A DNA stretch of 64,000 nucleotides, taken from contig NC_067398.1 of NCBI RefSeq assembly GCF_016432865.1, forward strand, positions 16,988,001-17,052,000. The letters run 5' to 3'. The position numbers and the translations under genes are program-made. The DNA is from Antechinus flavipes (taxonomy: Eukaryota). The notes below the pieces were generated by a model. The model did not search any database. It was given only the letters and a program-made list of their open reading frames with translations, and was not told the origin of the DNA. Below, in pieces: positions 48,031 to 60,475 of the stretch. Every line of letters starts with the position of its first letter. The first letter of the stretch is position 1.

Positions 48031-51000
48031 CACCTCTACCATACCAGGAGAGATGGTGAATTCATCCCTCGATAGTTCACAAAGGTTTCTGGGTAATATA
48101 TTGTAAGCCATAGTTACCAAAAAGAATAAGGGAGAGAGGCCTTTGTGAGCCAAACCAGGCCCCAGGTAGGAATTTTTCCCTTTCGACTGTCAAGTCAGGC
48201 ATTCCACCGATATCTTAGAAAATTAAGTGTCTCTAGGTTTTATTGGTGGATAATAATTTAATGAAAGCAAATTTAGCAATGGAAGTTGGTATTTAACCAG
48301 GGCATATAAACAGGAAGTTAGGGATTTTCCTAAGCAACAGGCAGAGGTCACTTGCAGTCAAGGTATGCTAAAGAAACCAGTCAGTATTGCCTTATTTTTA
48401 TTATTATTATTAAAGTAATTATGATGATGATGATTATTATTAATAAGGGATGGAGGGCCACAACAGGTTGAGATAAAACAGACTTCTGCTTTGAGAAAGG
48501 CTCAGCAGAGGGAATTAGCCATTTTGGTTTTCTTGTCAGTTATATACAGAGTTAAAAAGTGGGGAAACAGAAGCTGAATTAGTGTCAGACGTTCTAGTTC
48601 CTGATTGGGAAGCTCCAAATCCACTGGGAAAATTACTGAGGTATCTTTTCTAAATTATCATATAACTGTTTTCGGTAACTAGGAGACATCCCTTCTTGAT
48701 TTGAGGAATTAGGGGCTTTCACTAAAGAAAGAAATTTAATACCACACAACTCACAGACTTGGGGCTGGAAGGAGCTTTTAAGACCAGGGGTCTTGTCTTA
48801 CAAGCAGTAAGAGAGAGGTGGGATTTGAACCTGGGACTCTATGCTTTCTACTACTGTATCAACTAATCTTTCAAAGAAGACTTCCCAGAATCTCTCCTGC
48901 AAAGAACTCAACCCAAAGCATCCTGGGGCCTTCATTATGTCTCAGTCACAAATCCAATGGGAAGAGAGGTTTTGTCCCAGCAGCTCTGGGCTGACTTGGA
49001 GCCCCAAATCCCCTTTCCCCTCCAGTATGCACAGCTGGTTCTCAGGCCATGTCTGGCCATTCCTCTGTACTTTGCATATTGGTGTGACATTTACTCTGTA
49101 TTCAGTCTAATTTAAAGTGAGTTTAGGGGTTAGGTTTCAGCCCTTGAATAAAAAGCCATTTGTTTAGGGCTGGGGTACATTATTGATGAGGAGGAGAGCC
49201 GGGAGTTTTCGGATTCCCCGTGAAACTTTAGACGCAGAATATGGAATCGGTTAGTTATTTGTTTCACAATTTGTAACTGAGGTTGCGTTTAATTTTCCAT
49301 CTCTTTTAAACCAGAGCAATGCTTAGGAATGAATGCAAACATAATTAGACAAAGAGAGTGGGTTTAGGGAGATGGGCTGCATAGGGAAGGTTTCCAGGGA
49401 AACGTTTCTTTTCCTTAAAAGTCACGGGATAAATGTCCCCCTCGAACTCAACAATAAAATGTGCTGCTCATTTGGAAACTTTTTGTTGATTTTTCTTTTA
49501 AAGCAGTCATTTCTGGATCTACCCATCCTCGGCCCTTCCCGCCCCCACCCCCCATACCCAAGAGAGCCTTCCCCTGGTTCCCAAAGAAACCCAGTCAAGA
49601 AAAACCAGCGGGCAGTCGCTCCAGCTGACAGCGGGTGCGACAGTCTGATCCCCTCCAAGGAGAGGAGGGAGATTCATTCCTCATCTCTTTTCCATGGCCA
49701 GCGTAGGTCATTACAGTTACGTATCATTAGGATTCATTTTGGAGTTCTTTTTCCCCCATTATGGCAGTCGTTGTATTCTGAGTCTGCTAGTCATTACATG
49801 GATTTATGCACGTCTTCCCACGTTTCTGAATTCTTCTTGGCTGCCATTTCTTAAGGCACATCAAATATTCCATTATATTCGTTTACCTCAATCGTTCACC
49901 CATTTCTCTAGATGTTCTTTAATCCGGATATCTCTGATCCCTACCCAGCTGAGACGGAAGCCCGGAAGCCCGTGCCGGGCAAGTGCAGTGATTTGGGACG
50001 TTGGGGAAGGGAGATGAGGGTTGTGGGCTCCCAACTCTTCCCCCAAGACCTCAGGGCCCCCTCCCCAAAGCTCAGACCAAGTCCTGCCTTGGCCCAAGTG
50101 GAGACTTTCCTGTCAAGAGGCCTCCCTTGGCTGTCCCGGTGCTCAGGGGAGCAAGAAGGTTATGGATGAGGATGTTTATGAGATGATGATGCTCCGAGTT
50201 GGGAGCCGGGGAGACAAAAGGCCTGAACTTGGGCTCAGTTTTCCCAGGCCCTTTCCCATAAATAGTCATAGGGTGATAGGAGCTCAGAAGTCATCGACAG
50301 AGAAGGAGCCGGTGGAAAATCACCTCGCGGTCCATATTTAGTGCTGCCTCTTTTATTCGCCCGGAGATCTCAGGCAAATTGCTCCACTTCTCTGTGCCTC
50401 AGTTTCTTCCTCTGTAAAACGAGCTGCCTGGACTCAGTGGCCGCAGAGGCCCTTCCCACTTCCACATCTACCCTTCGATATTATCCCAGGTATCTGTTTT
50501 TCTACTCCAAACTACAGCAGTTAAAGAAACGGGTTCACATTCGGTGGGACTCCCTTAGGAGCAACCGTAAATCTCTCAGGTCTGCGAGCTCCGACCAGTT
50601 GGAGAGAAAAGGTAGGAATCATTTAGAAAATAGGGAACCTCTCTGGATCTCAGTTTCCTTTTGAAAAATGAAAGAATTGGACCAGATGGTCTATAAGTTC
50701 CCTCCTAGTTCTTAGATCTCTGGGCCCAATGAAGCCTGTTTCCCATCAGGACCAGAAACACAAGAGATTGAATTCAGTACCAGCAGGTTAATTAACCACT
50801 AAACACTTATTAAGCACCTACTGTGTGCTAAAGTTAAAGGCGGCCACGTGGCTGCCTTGGGATGGTGGGAGACCCTGACAGTAACCGACATGCTGTGGAA
50901 TCCACTTCCTCTGTGTGACTGAGAAGTGGGAAATAGAGGGGTGAACTACGAGATGTCTAGAGGGCTGGGGGAGGGGGTGCATTAAAGTCAGGAAGACCTG

Positions 51001-51169
51001 AGTCTCAGTCCTGCCTTTGACACGAGTATCCAGCTGAGTTCCCAGCAAGTCACTTAACTACTTTTAGTCTTAGCTTCCTCATCTGTAAAATGGGGGCAAG
51101 GATCTAGGTGTCAGAATCAAGACAGTGGAGACTTTGGAGTCAGAGGACTTGGTTTAAAATCCTACCTGG

Positions 51170-51295
51170 AGTGGATGGAGCACCAGCCCTAAAGTCAGGA
51201 GGACCTGAGTTCAAATCTGGCTGTGTGACCCTGGGCAAGTCACTTAGCCCCAAACATCTCAGCAAAACAAATAAATAAAAGTAAAAATAAATAGA
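51170..51295 (+). mobile_element. Internally deleted WSINE1 inside a MIR-like element
   Basis: gtggatggagcaccagccctaaagtcaggaggacctgagttcaaatctggctgtgtgaccctgggcaagtcactt plus A-rich tail. Confidence 0.75.
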
Positions 51296-51987
51296 TAATA
51301 AAATGCTGCCTGGGATTTGTGACTTTGGGCATCTTACTCCAACTCCCCTGTAAAGAGAGGGCACGGGACTAAAGACTCCCGAGTCCCCAGTCCCACATCT
51401 TGTCATTGCTACGATTAGAGAGCGATTTTAAAAACCTTCATTAAAAAAGCCGTGAAGTTCCCTGGTGGGACGTGTCTAGGAAGGAGTTCTAAAAGTCATC
51501 TCATCCATCCCCCTGCCTTCGGGCAGAGCCGCACCTCCCCTGGACAGAGGCTGCTTCCCTTCTCGGGTTCCCAGGGAGGGCAAGTGACTTCAGGCTTCCC
51601 GGATTAACCTCTCCCAGGAAGCTGGTCCTCCGTCAGGCTCCGGGGCAGGGCCACCTCTCCCTCCTGCCGATTGTGTGAGCTCCTCCTTGGGGCTGCTGGG
51701 GAGGGGCGTGTGGGGCTGTGTGCCATGACATCACCACATTCCCGGCGCATGAGGAGATCGGCAGCCAGCGCTCTTGGCCGGGATCCCCTTCCTCTATTTC
51801 TCGCCTCCCCCGGGCCGCACCCCATCTCCTGGCCTCCCTGAAGCAGGGACTTGGGGGAAGGAAGCCCTGAGACTCCTGGCACTTGTTCCTCCTCTATTTT
51901 CTCTTACTCTAAGGGGAATGTGGGAGGGCGGGATTTCCAGAAGTGGAAGTCTGACGTTTCCAGGAAGGGGCCCCCAATGCCTCCTCC

Positions 51988-52120
51988 TTTTTTCTTTTTG
52001 CTGAGGCAATTGGGGTTAAGTGACTTGCTCAGGGTCACACAGCCAGGAAGTGTTAAGTGTCAGGTCACATTTGAACTCCTTCAGGGCGGGTGCTCTACCC
52101 CCTGCACCACCCAGCTGCCC
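51988..52120 (-). mobile_element. WSINE1-type SINE
   Basis: gaggcaattggggttaagtgacttgctcagggtcacacagc...gcaccacccagctgccc. Confidence 0.85.
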
Positions 52121-52804
52121 TGTTCCTCCCTATTTTAAAAGCTAAGAGGAAAGGATTTCTCCTTCCTCTGGAGCCAGGAAAGATTTAGCTCCTCTCTGTG
52201 GGCTGAGAAATACCTGATCCCCAAATGGCCCAGGGGAGGGGTCCCATCTGATGGTGGCAGGGGGTCCGCCCTGGGGTTCCTCGGTGGCCCCCGTGCTCTG
52301 GCTCAGCTAACTCCGGTGACGTGGCCCGAAGGGGCTCCAGACAAGACCCACTCCGCCATGGCTTGGGCCCCTCTCAAACACTAGAAGGCTTATTAATAGG
52401 TAATCTAATTAATTAATAATGAATCAGCCAGAGGGATTCCCTTAGCTTCTACCATAGGCAGGGCCCTGTGGGCACCAGGTGCTGGGAATACAAAGACAAA
52501 AGTGAAAAGCAGCCCCTGGCCTCCAAAAGCTTACAGCCTACTGGAAGATAGGAGATCTCTGCAAACATGCGGTAGGCAAATCCTGCCTCTGCTGACTCCC
52601 CTACACAGAATGGAGGCTCCCGGAGGAACCCGCCAGCGGGCAAAGCGGAACACTCCCGGGGGAGAGGGCCATGTTCCAAGGCCGAAGAGGCCCCAGGGAC
52701 TCACCGAGCTCCGGAAGGTACCTTTTTTCTGGCCGGGTTCCAGGCCCGGGCAAGCCCTCCCTCTTCCCCTCTGCCTCCGAGGCTTTCAAGATTCTTCAAA
52801 TTCC

Positions 52805-53265
52805 ACCTTTTTTTATTTTAATAATAGCTTTTTTCTTCTCAAAAACACGCAGAGATAGTTTTCAACAATCACGCTTGCGAAACCGTGTGTTCCAGATTTT
52901 TCTCCCTCCCTCCTCCCCTAGACAGCCAGTAATCTGATATAAGTTAAACATCTGCAATTCTGCTAAACATATTTCCACATTTCACGCTGTGCAAGAAAAA
53001 CCAGATCAAAAAGGGCGAAAATGAGAAAGAAAAAATAAGCAAATAACAAAAAAATAAGGTGAAAATGCATCATCCTTCCCATCTCTCCATCGCTTGGGAA
53101 CTGACCTGAATCACTCCATTGTTGAAAAGAGCCGCGTCCATCACAGCTGATGGTCACACAGCCTTGTTGTCGCCGTGTACAGTGATCTCCTGGTTCTACT
53201 CCCTTCGCTCAGCATCAGTTCATGTCAGTCTCTCCCCCATCTTCTGAAATCATCCTGCTGCGAAC
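52805..53265 (-). mobile_element. Older L1 3' end, CpG-enriched copy
   Basis: Homologous to the 33.5, 41.8 and 60.1 kb copies. Confidence 0.8.
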
Positions 53266-53494
53266 CCCCTCTTCGGCTTCAGATCCACCTTCCTGCTAAT
53301 GCTCTCTCTGCTATTACGTCCAGTTACGTTGTCTGTATCTTATATGTACGTAGTTTCGTGCTATTTCCCCTTTCAGATGTGAGTGTCTTACAGAGCAGAA
53401 GCCATTTTTCCTTTCTTTGTATCCCCAGGACACAGTGCCCGGCACATACTAAGTGTTTAATAAATGCTCCTTGAAATGAGATGATTCACGTCAC

Positions 53495-53990
53495 ATCTAA
53501 TGGTCTTGTGATGGAGAGAGCCATCTGCACCTAGAGAGAGATTGTGGGCACCGAGGGTGGCCCACAACAGAGCATGTTCACTCTTTTTTGTTCTTTGCTT
53601 GCGTTTGTTTTCCTTCTCTTTTTTTTCCTTTTTGATCTGATTTTTTTTATGCTACATGATAATTGTGGAAATGGATATAGAAGAATTGCATATGTTTAAC
53701 CTATATTGAATAACTTGCCATCTAGAGGAGGGGTGGGGAGAAGGGAGGGAAAAATTTTAGAACATATAAGGGTGAATGTTGAAAATTATCATTTATTATT
53801 TAACACGTATTGGTCAACCTGCCTTCTGGGGGATGGGATAGGGGGGAAGGAGGGGAAAAGTTGGAACAAAAGGATTTGCAATTGTCAATGCTGAAAAATT
53901 ACCCATGCATATGTCTTGTAAATAAAAAGCTATAAGAAAAGAAAATTATCGTGTATGTATTTTGAAAATAAAAAGCTTAATAAGAATTTA
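53495..53990 (+). mobile_element. Older L1 3' end carrying a nested 150-bp L1 terminus (53791-53940)
   Basis: 10-bp TSD gaaaattatc at 53781-53790 and 53941-53950; the host sequence resumes after the second copy. Confidence 0.8.
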
Positions 53991-54049
53991 TTTTTATTTT
54001 TATTTTTATTTTTTTTAATGCTTAATAAGAATTTAAAAAAGAATAAAAA

Positions 54050-55000
54050 CAAAACAAAACAAAATGCTCATTGACTGACTAACGGAATCACTTTTGTAAA
54101 TATCTAATTATGGAGGTCAGGAAAAGCTCTTCGAGAACAAGGTATCCCAGCTGGATTTTGAAGAAAATAAAGAATTGTAGAAGGTGAAGGGGAGAAGGGA
54201 AAGCATCCCACTTATGGGGGAAGGAGTACAAAGGTGCTAAGATGGGAGATGGGCTGTAGTAGGAGCTTATGAGGAACAGCGGAAAGACCAGTTGGGCTGA
54301 AATGTAGAATGACTGTAGGGGAGTTCGGTGTGAAAATGCTGGAACGGTACACCGGGCCTGGTTGTATAAGGAGCTTGAAGTGCCAAATAGGGGATTTTGT
54401 ATTTGATTTTTAGGCTGCAAACTTTTTTGCTCATCCATCAGTAAAAACTTTCAGGTGTGCAACCCTGATATGTGTATATTTATTTATTTCTTAAGCTACT
54501 AATAATTATGGGTATTATAGTCCATAATTAAACTAAAAAGTCCATTTCTAAAAATAGAAATTTAAAAAGGATGAGGGAAACAGGAATGACGTTTAGGCCT
54601 AGAATTAATAGGGAGCCAGTGAAGTATATTGAGTAGGGGAGGTGACACGGGAAGGTTTGAGCTTTAGGAAAGTCACTTCGGCAGCTGAGTGGAAGGTAGA
54701 TGGGTAGCAGTGAGAGGACACCTGAGACAGGAGGCTGAGGCAGTAATTCATGAAGAGGAGAGGAGGGCCAAGGGGGACGCCAGAGAAGAAATGACAAGAT
54801 TTGGCCACGTCGCCTAAATGGGGTGGAGGAAAGGAGGGAGTTGAAGGGGATATTGCCATGTGGACCCGGGTGACCAGGAGGAATGTTTGGAAGTGGGGAG
54901 GACTTGGGGGGAAAGATAATGTAATGACACGTAAGTTCTGATCATCATGCGTCTTGTGAGACTCCTCCTGTCCCACCGGAAATGAAAAAGAGAGTGTGAT
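54050..55000 (-). mobile_element. L2 fragments interrupted by an AT-rich DNA-transposon-like piece (~54410-54575)
   Basis: Typical antisense L2 ORF2 relics; the minus-strand translation 54605-55012 resembles decayed L2 RT C-terminus. Confidence 0.6.
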
Positions 55001-56154
55001 GTTCTCACTCACTGGGCCCTGCCCTGGGGCTCCCAGCTGCCCTCCAAGGGATGACTGCCGTGTTGGAAGGAGAGTAGCAGGGGTAGGGGGGCCGGGGATG
55101 GGGACGTCGGGAACCCGGCCACAGCCGCTTCTGTGCTGGCTGCAGGTGAGATCACATTATAATGACTTAGGTCTCAAAAGGTGGGAAGCTGGGAGTTAGA
55201 GGAGGGAAGGGGCAGATAGCACGAGGGGATTCGGGTAAGTGTGGATGTGCTAGAGAAAATCCTCATGGCCGGCTAACTCTGGGAGGATGTCCCAACAACC
55301 GCTGATTACCTGTCTTCTGAGGTCAACAAATCAAGACAACAGCTCCCTGGGACCCTGCCCCTCCATCGCTGGAGGAAATTGGCTCTCTCCAGGGGGGGCC
55401 GAAGTCCTGCCTCTTGGGAGCTCTTCAAGAAGAGGACTGATGGCCCCTTGTCTCCTATCCCTTAATTAGGAGGCTGTAGAGGGGCCTCCCAGTGATCTGA
55501 CTCGGGGTTCTGTAAAAGGGAGCCAGGGGAATTTACTTAACAGGAAGGAAGCCTATTCAGACCCGTGCTTTAGAAAGATTGTTGGGAAGACCACCAGGAC
55601 CACTTTCCCTTTAAACTGTTAATTTCGAGCCTTTCTGTTAGGTGCGTAATAAATATCGGTTGACTTGGGTAATGCCATTGAATGGATGGCGATACATGAG
55701 GGTGAGTTCATTTGCTAGGTCGATCCCGCTCCGTGTGATCGCAAAACCTCTCAGGCTCAGTTTCCCCGTCTAGAAAATAAGAATTCTGATTCCCTCACAC
55801 TCACATGTCAGCAAGAGGACGAATGAGATCATACCTATCGGCGGCGGGAACCCCAGGATGAGTCAGAACCAGGAAAACATGATATCACCGTCCGTAGCCC
55901 AAGGGAAGCCAAGTTCCGAAGCACCCGGAGCTCTGAAGTAAGCCCGAATGCAGGGCTAAGGGCTCCCCGTTCTCCGTCTTACAAAAGGGGGGAAGGCTTG
56001 GCAGGCCTTGGGGCAGGGGCCGAGCTCCAGGGATGCAAACGACTTACAAAATGACTCGGTGCCTCCTCAGAGCCTTTTCCCTCTCCTAATGCTGGAAATT
56101 GGAAATAACCTTCTCTGGTAATTGTTCAGGGACTAAGCAGTGTAGGGGAGAACT

Positions 56155-56970
56155 TGTGTGTGTGTGAGTGTGTGTGTGTGACTGTATGTGAGAGTGTCTG
56201 TGTGTATGTGTGTGTCTGTGTGAGTGTGTGTGTGAGTTTGTGTCTGTGTGAGTGTGTGTGTGAGTGTATCTGTGTGAGTGTGTGAGTGTGTGTGTGACTG
56301 TATGTGAGAGTGTCTGTGNNNNNNNNNNNNNNNNNNNNNNNNNNNNNNNNNNNNNNNNNNNNNNNNNNNNNNNNNNNNNNNNNNNNNNNNNNNNNNNNNN
56401 NNNNNNNNNNNNNNNNNNNNNNNNNNNNNNNNNNNNNNNNNNNNNNNNNNNNNNNNNNNGTCTGTGNNNNNNNNNNNNNNNNNNNNNNNNNNNNNNNNNN
56501 NNNNNNNNNNNNNNNNNNNNNNNNNNNNNNNNNNNNNNNNNNNNNNNNNNNNNNNNNNNNNNNNNNNNNNNNNNNNNNNNNNNNNNNNNNNNNNNNNNNN
56601 NNNNNNNNNNNNNNNNNNNNNNNNNNNNNNNNNNNNNNNNNNNNNNNNNNNNNNNNNNNNNNNNNNNNNNNNNNNNNNNNNNNNNNNNNNNNNNNNNNNN
56701 NNNNNNNNNNNNNNNNTGAGTGTGTGTGTGAGTTTGTGTCTGTGTGAGCGTGAGTGTGTGNNNNNNNNNNNNNNNNNNNNNNNNNNNNNNNNNNNNNNNN
56801 NNNNNNNNNNNNNNNNNNNNNNNNNNNNNNNNNNNNNNNNNNNNNNNNNNNNNNNNNNNNNNNNNNNNNNNNNNNNNNNNNNNNNNNNNNNNNNNNNNNN
56901 NNNNNNNNNNNNNNNNNNNNNNNNNNNNNNNNNNNNNNNNNNNNNNNNNNNNNNNNNNNNNNNNNNNNNN
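56155..56970. repeat. Complex (TG)n/(TGTGAG)/(TCTGTG) microsatellite, mostly unassembled
   Basis: Visible repeat on both sides of and between three gaps. Confidence 0.85.
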
Positions 56971-57944
56971 CAGAGAGTTGTGTCAGAATTCCAGCTCAGT
57001 CACATCTTGGCTGTGAGACCTGCCCCTCTGAGAGTCACGGGAACCAGAAGGAGTCGGAGATCCTCACTCTCTGTCAGAGCTGTAGTTGGGAATGGGCTTT
57101 GTAAGTTATGAGCCGCCACCTGTATACACAGAGGGGGCGGACCGGTTGCCGCCTCCCCTCCAGGACGTCACCCGTCTCTCCTGTCCCCGAAGCCGGGACG
57201 CCGTTTATGTCCCAGGCAGCCTGGGAAGATGAACCAGCCAGGTGCTGAGCGCCCCTTCCCCTATCCCCCCCCATCCCAAGGGCGTAACTCCCTAACCTCA
57301 CGATGTAGAAAATCCGAATCCTCCTGCCCAACACGCTCTGCTCACAGTTTGTTCCCTTCCTCTGGACAATTAGCCCTGGATCCCACCCTCATCCCCAAGC
57401 AGCTCGCTCCAAAACCCAGAACCTCCCGCTCATCTTTTCCGCCCATCCCCGTCCCCCGAGTTGCTGAGTCTGCTTTTCAAATCACTTTCTGCCCAGTCCT
57501 TTCCACATCCTCTTCCTCGGCTGACAGGGATTTCAGCATTTCCGCTTGTGCCGGCCCCAGACATCCTCTGCATTCTGGAAGGCAAAAAGAAATTCGTTAA
57601 AGGCCAGGAGAGGAAAGCGCCTCCCGTCGCCCCCGGGACTTCCCTTCGTGAGCGAGGAGCAGGAGACCGGGCTTGCCGTGGAAGGCCCAGCTCCTCCTGG
57701 CCCGGGCTGTATTCCGGGAAGGCGGCCTGCACCTTTTGTGTTATTTCCCTGTCTCTCTGCTCCCGGCTGGATTGGAAGCTCTCTGTGGGCGGGAAGCTGT
57801 CCTTCTAGGTCCCCCCAAGGAGGATGCAGGGTTTAGCCCAGGGTCTGGTACCTAGGAGGAATCAGCACGTGGGAGAGCATCTCTTCCCACAGGCCGGCCA
57901 CGGAGTCGCCTAATTCTAGTTCCTAGTTCAGGCCTAGGACACAG

Positions 57945-58120
57945 GTTTTGGTTTTTTTAAACATGTTAAAGTATATCTTAAATGCAATATATGTGTACAT
58001 GTTCATATGGTTCTCTTGTTTAGAGAGAAGGTAAGAATAACCTGGGAAGAAAAACAAACCTGCAAGCAAACACCAGAGAGAGTGCAAATGCTGCATTGTG
58101 CTCCTCACTCATTTCCCAAG
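57945..58120 (-). mobile_element. L1 3'UTR fragment
   Basis: catgttaaagtatatcttaaatgcaat...aataacctgggaagaaaaacaaacc...cactcatttccc. Confidence 0.7.
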
Positions 58121-59076
58121 GTAGAACACCGGTTCTGTAAGATCGGGACTTTTCTGGTCTTGAGAAGTCTGTGATTTTCTGGAGTCGTCAGTGTTGACCC
58201 CTCAGCCAAGCTAGTCAAGAACTTAATCCCTCCTGATTCTCTCTTCTCAGAACCACAGATTCGGGGCTTGGGAAAAGGCAGAGAATGGCCTTGGAATCTT
58301 GGAATTCCCCCTTCTTGCTGGGAATGGTTGGTGGAGGCTCTGAGGGGCTTCCCGGGGACCCTGGGAAAGAGGAAAAGGCTAGATTACTCTGATCCGCTAC
58401 TTCTGCTGAAACACGTTCAAATATTCAGAGCAAACTGACTGGGAAGAAGGCGTCTTTGTAATTCCCAGAAAAGCTCAGGACCGGGGCTTGGCCCCCCTCT
58501 GCTGAACGCCATACTGTTGGTCTCATCCGGCCGGCCCAGTTCTAGAGGGGTCTCTAGCCATTCAATGGCCCCACTCCTAGGTTACTGACGGCTCATCACT
58601 CTGGGCTTGAGTCACCAGTCTACTGGAGGTCCCCACTTGGAAAAGAAAGAAATGAGTTCCCAGAGGAGGAGTGAAGGAGGGAAAGAACTATCCAAAACAA
58701 AAGCATCAGTGAAAAGAAACCAAAAAAGAGAAGATGGATCTACCTTTTGGGCATAGACTCCTTTTCCCAACAGCAAAGGATTCTGAACGGGGCTGGATTT
58801 GAGGTTCTTGCTGCTCTTCTATGAAGAGGGAATAAATAACAGGAGAGAACACGGACAAGGGATATCCTGAGTGTTTTTCATAATTTGGGAGATAGCTTTT
58901 AAGTAAAAGTCTTCATAATTTTTATAATGTAAAGGTTTCAAAGCCCAGGATAAGTTTTCTCTCCAATCTTGGCTCATATTCTTATGTCCCAGCCAAACTG
59001 GATGTACACTGTTCTTAAATCACAGAGCACTTTCCTAACATCCAAGTGAATCACTGATGCTTTCCATCTTTTAGAG

Positions 59077-59278
59077 TAGTGGTTCTCCAACTTTTGTTTT
59101 CAGTATCTTTATCCTATTACAAATGATTGAGGATCTCTCCAAAGCGTTTTTGTTTATCTGGATTATATTTATCGACATTTACCATATTGGAAAGAAAAAC
59201 TAGTTTTGAATTTGTAGACCCTCTAAAAGGGTTTCAGAGATCCCCAGGATTCTCTAGACCGTACTTGGAGAACCACTG
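59077..59278. mobile_element. hAT-Charlie-type MITE with TIRs and perfect 8-bp TSD
   Basis: TIRs (t)agtggttctccaa / ttggagaaccact(g). TSD ttttagag at 59069-59076 and 59279-59286 resembles the Charlie NTCTAGAN target. Confidence 0.88.
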
Positions 59279-59667
59279 TTTTAGAGGGAGATAGAACAGC
59301 ACAATGGTAAGCACTAATGGATCTTCATCTATATCCTGGTTCCATCTCACACTTGTGGTCTTTGGGCTTGTCATGGCAATTTTGAGGGCCTCGGTTTCCC
59401 CCTCTCTGGTCCCTTTCCTTCCCAATCTACAATCCTATCCTGTGATCCCCTAGTAAACTCTCTGCAACAGGGGCTGATGAGAGCAAGACAGAAGTATCAG
59501 ATCAGAATAATCTCAATGGGAGGTTGGAGTTTGTATAGCTTTGTTGTTCTGCTTCTCTAATTCAGGCCCTCATCCTCTTCCAAATAAAGTTCCTTGTCCC
59601 GTGTCCCATTTTCCTGGCTTCTCATCAACAGTCTGAGTGGGTAATCTGATGAACAAATTTATGCCAT

Positions 59668-60046
59668 GATTTTTTCATTGACAGAGCCCACTTCTGGGTA
59701 ATTTTTTTACATTATCCCTTGCACTCACTTCTGTTCCCTCCACCTCCTCCCCCAGATAGCAAGTAGTCCTATACATGTTAAATAGGTCACAGTATATCCT
59801 AGATACAATATATGTGTGCAGAATCGAACAGTTCTCTTGTTGCACAGGAATAATTGGATTCAGAAGGTAAAAATAACCGGGAAGAAAAACCAAAATGCAA
59901 GCAGTTTACATTCATTTCCCAGTGTTCTTTCTTTGGGTGTAGCTGCTTCTGTCCATCCTTGATCAATTGATTCCATCAGAATACATCCTCATACAGTATC
60001 GTTGTTGAAGTGTATAATGATTTCCTGGTTCTGCTCATTTCACTTC
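59668..60046 (-). mobile_element. Young-family L1 3' end with internal deletions
   Basis: High similarity to 28862-29218 and 39037-39470. Confidence 0.85.
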
Positions 60047-60049
60047 AAA

Positions 60050-60475
60050 AAAGATTTTGATTTTCAAACATATGCATAGATGATTTTCAGCATTCACCCT
60101 TGCAAAACCTTGTGTTCCAAGCTTTTTCTCCCTCCCTTCCCCCACCTCCTCCCCTAGAACATAAATAATCCAATCAATCTGTTAAACATGTGCAATTCTT
60201 CCATACGTATTTCCACCATTCTTATTATGCAATGATGTTAATGGCTGCCTGAGCCTTGCCACACCACCACTCCTTCAAGAACAATTGACATTTTCTTTTA
60301 CAGGGTACTGATCTCTTTATTTTATAGTTGGTTGTTATTTTTCGTTCTTTTTGTAAATTAAAGCTTTTTATTCTTCAAAACACATGCACGGATAATTCTT
60401 TGACATGAATCCTTGCAAAACCTGGTGTTCCAATTTTTCCCCTTTCTCCCACCCTTCCCCTGGAGGGCAAGTAGT
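60050..60475 (-). mobile_element. Two older L1 3' termini (~60050-60220 and ~60355-60475)
   Basis: ttttcaaacatatgcatagatgattttcagcattcacccttgcaaaacc and aagctttttattcttcaaaacacatgcacggataatt. Confidence 0.7.
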
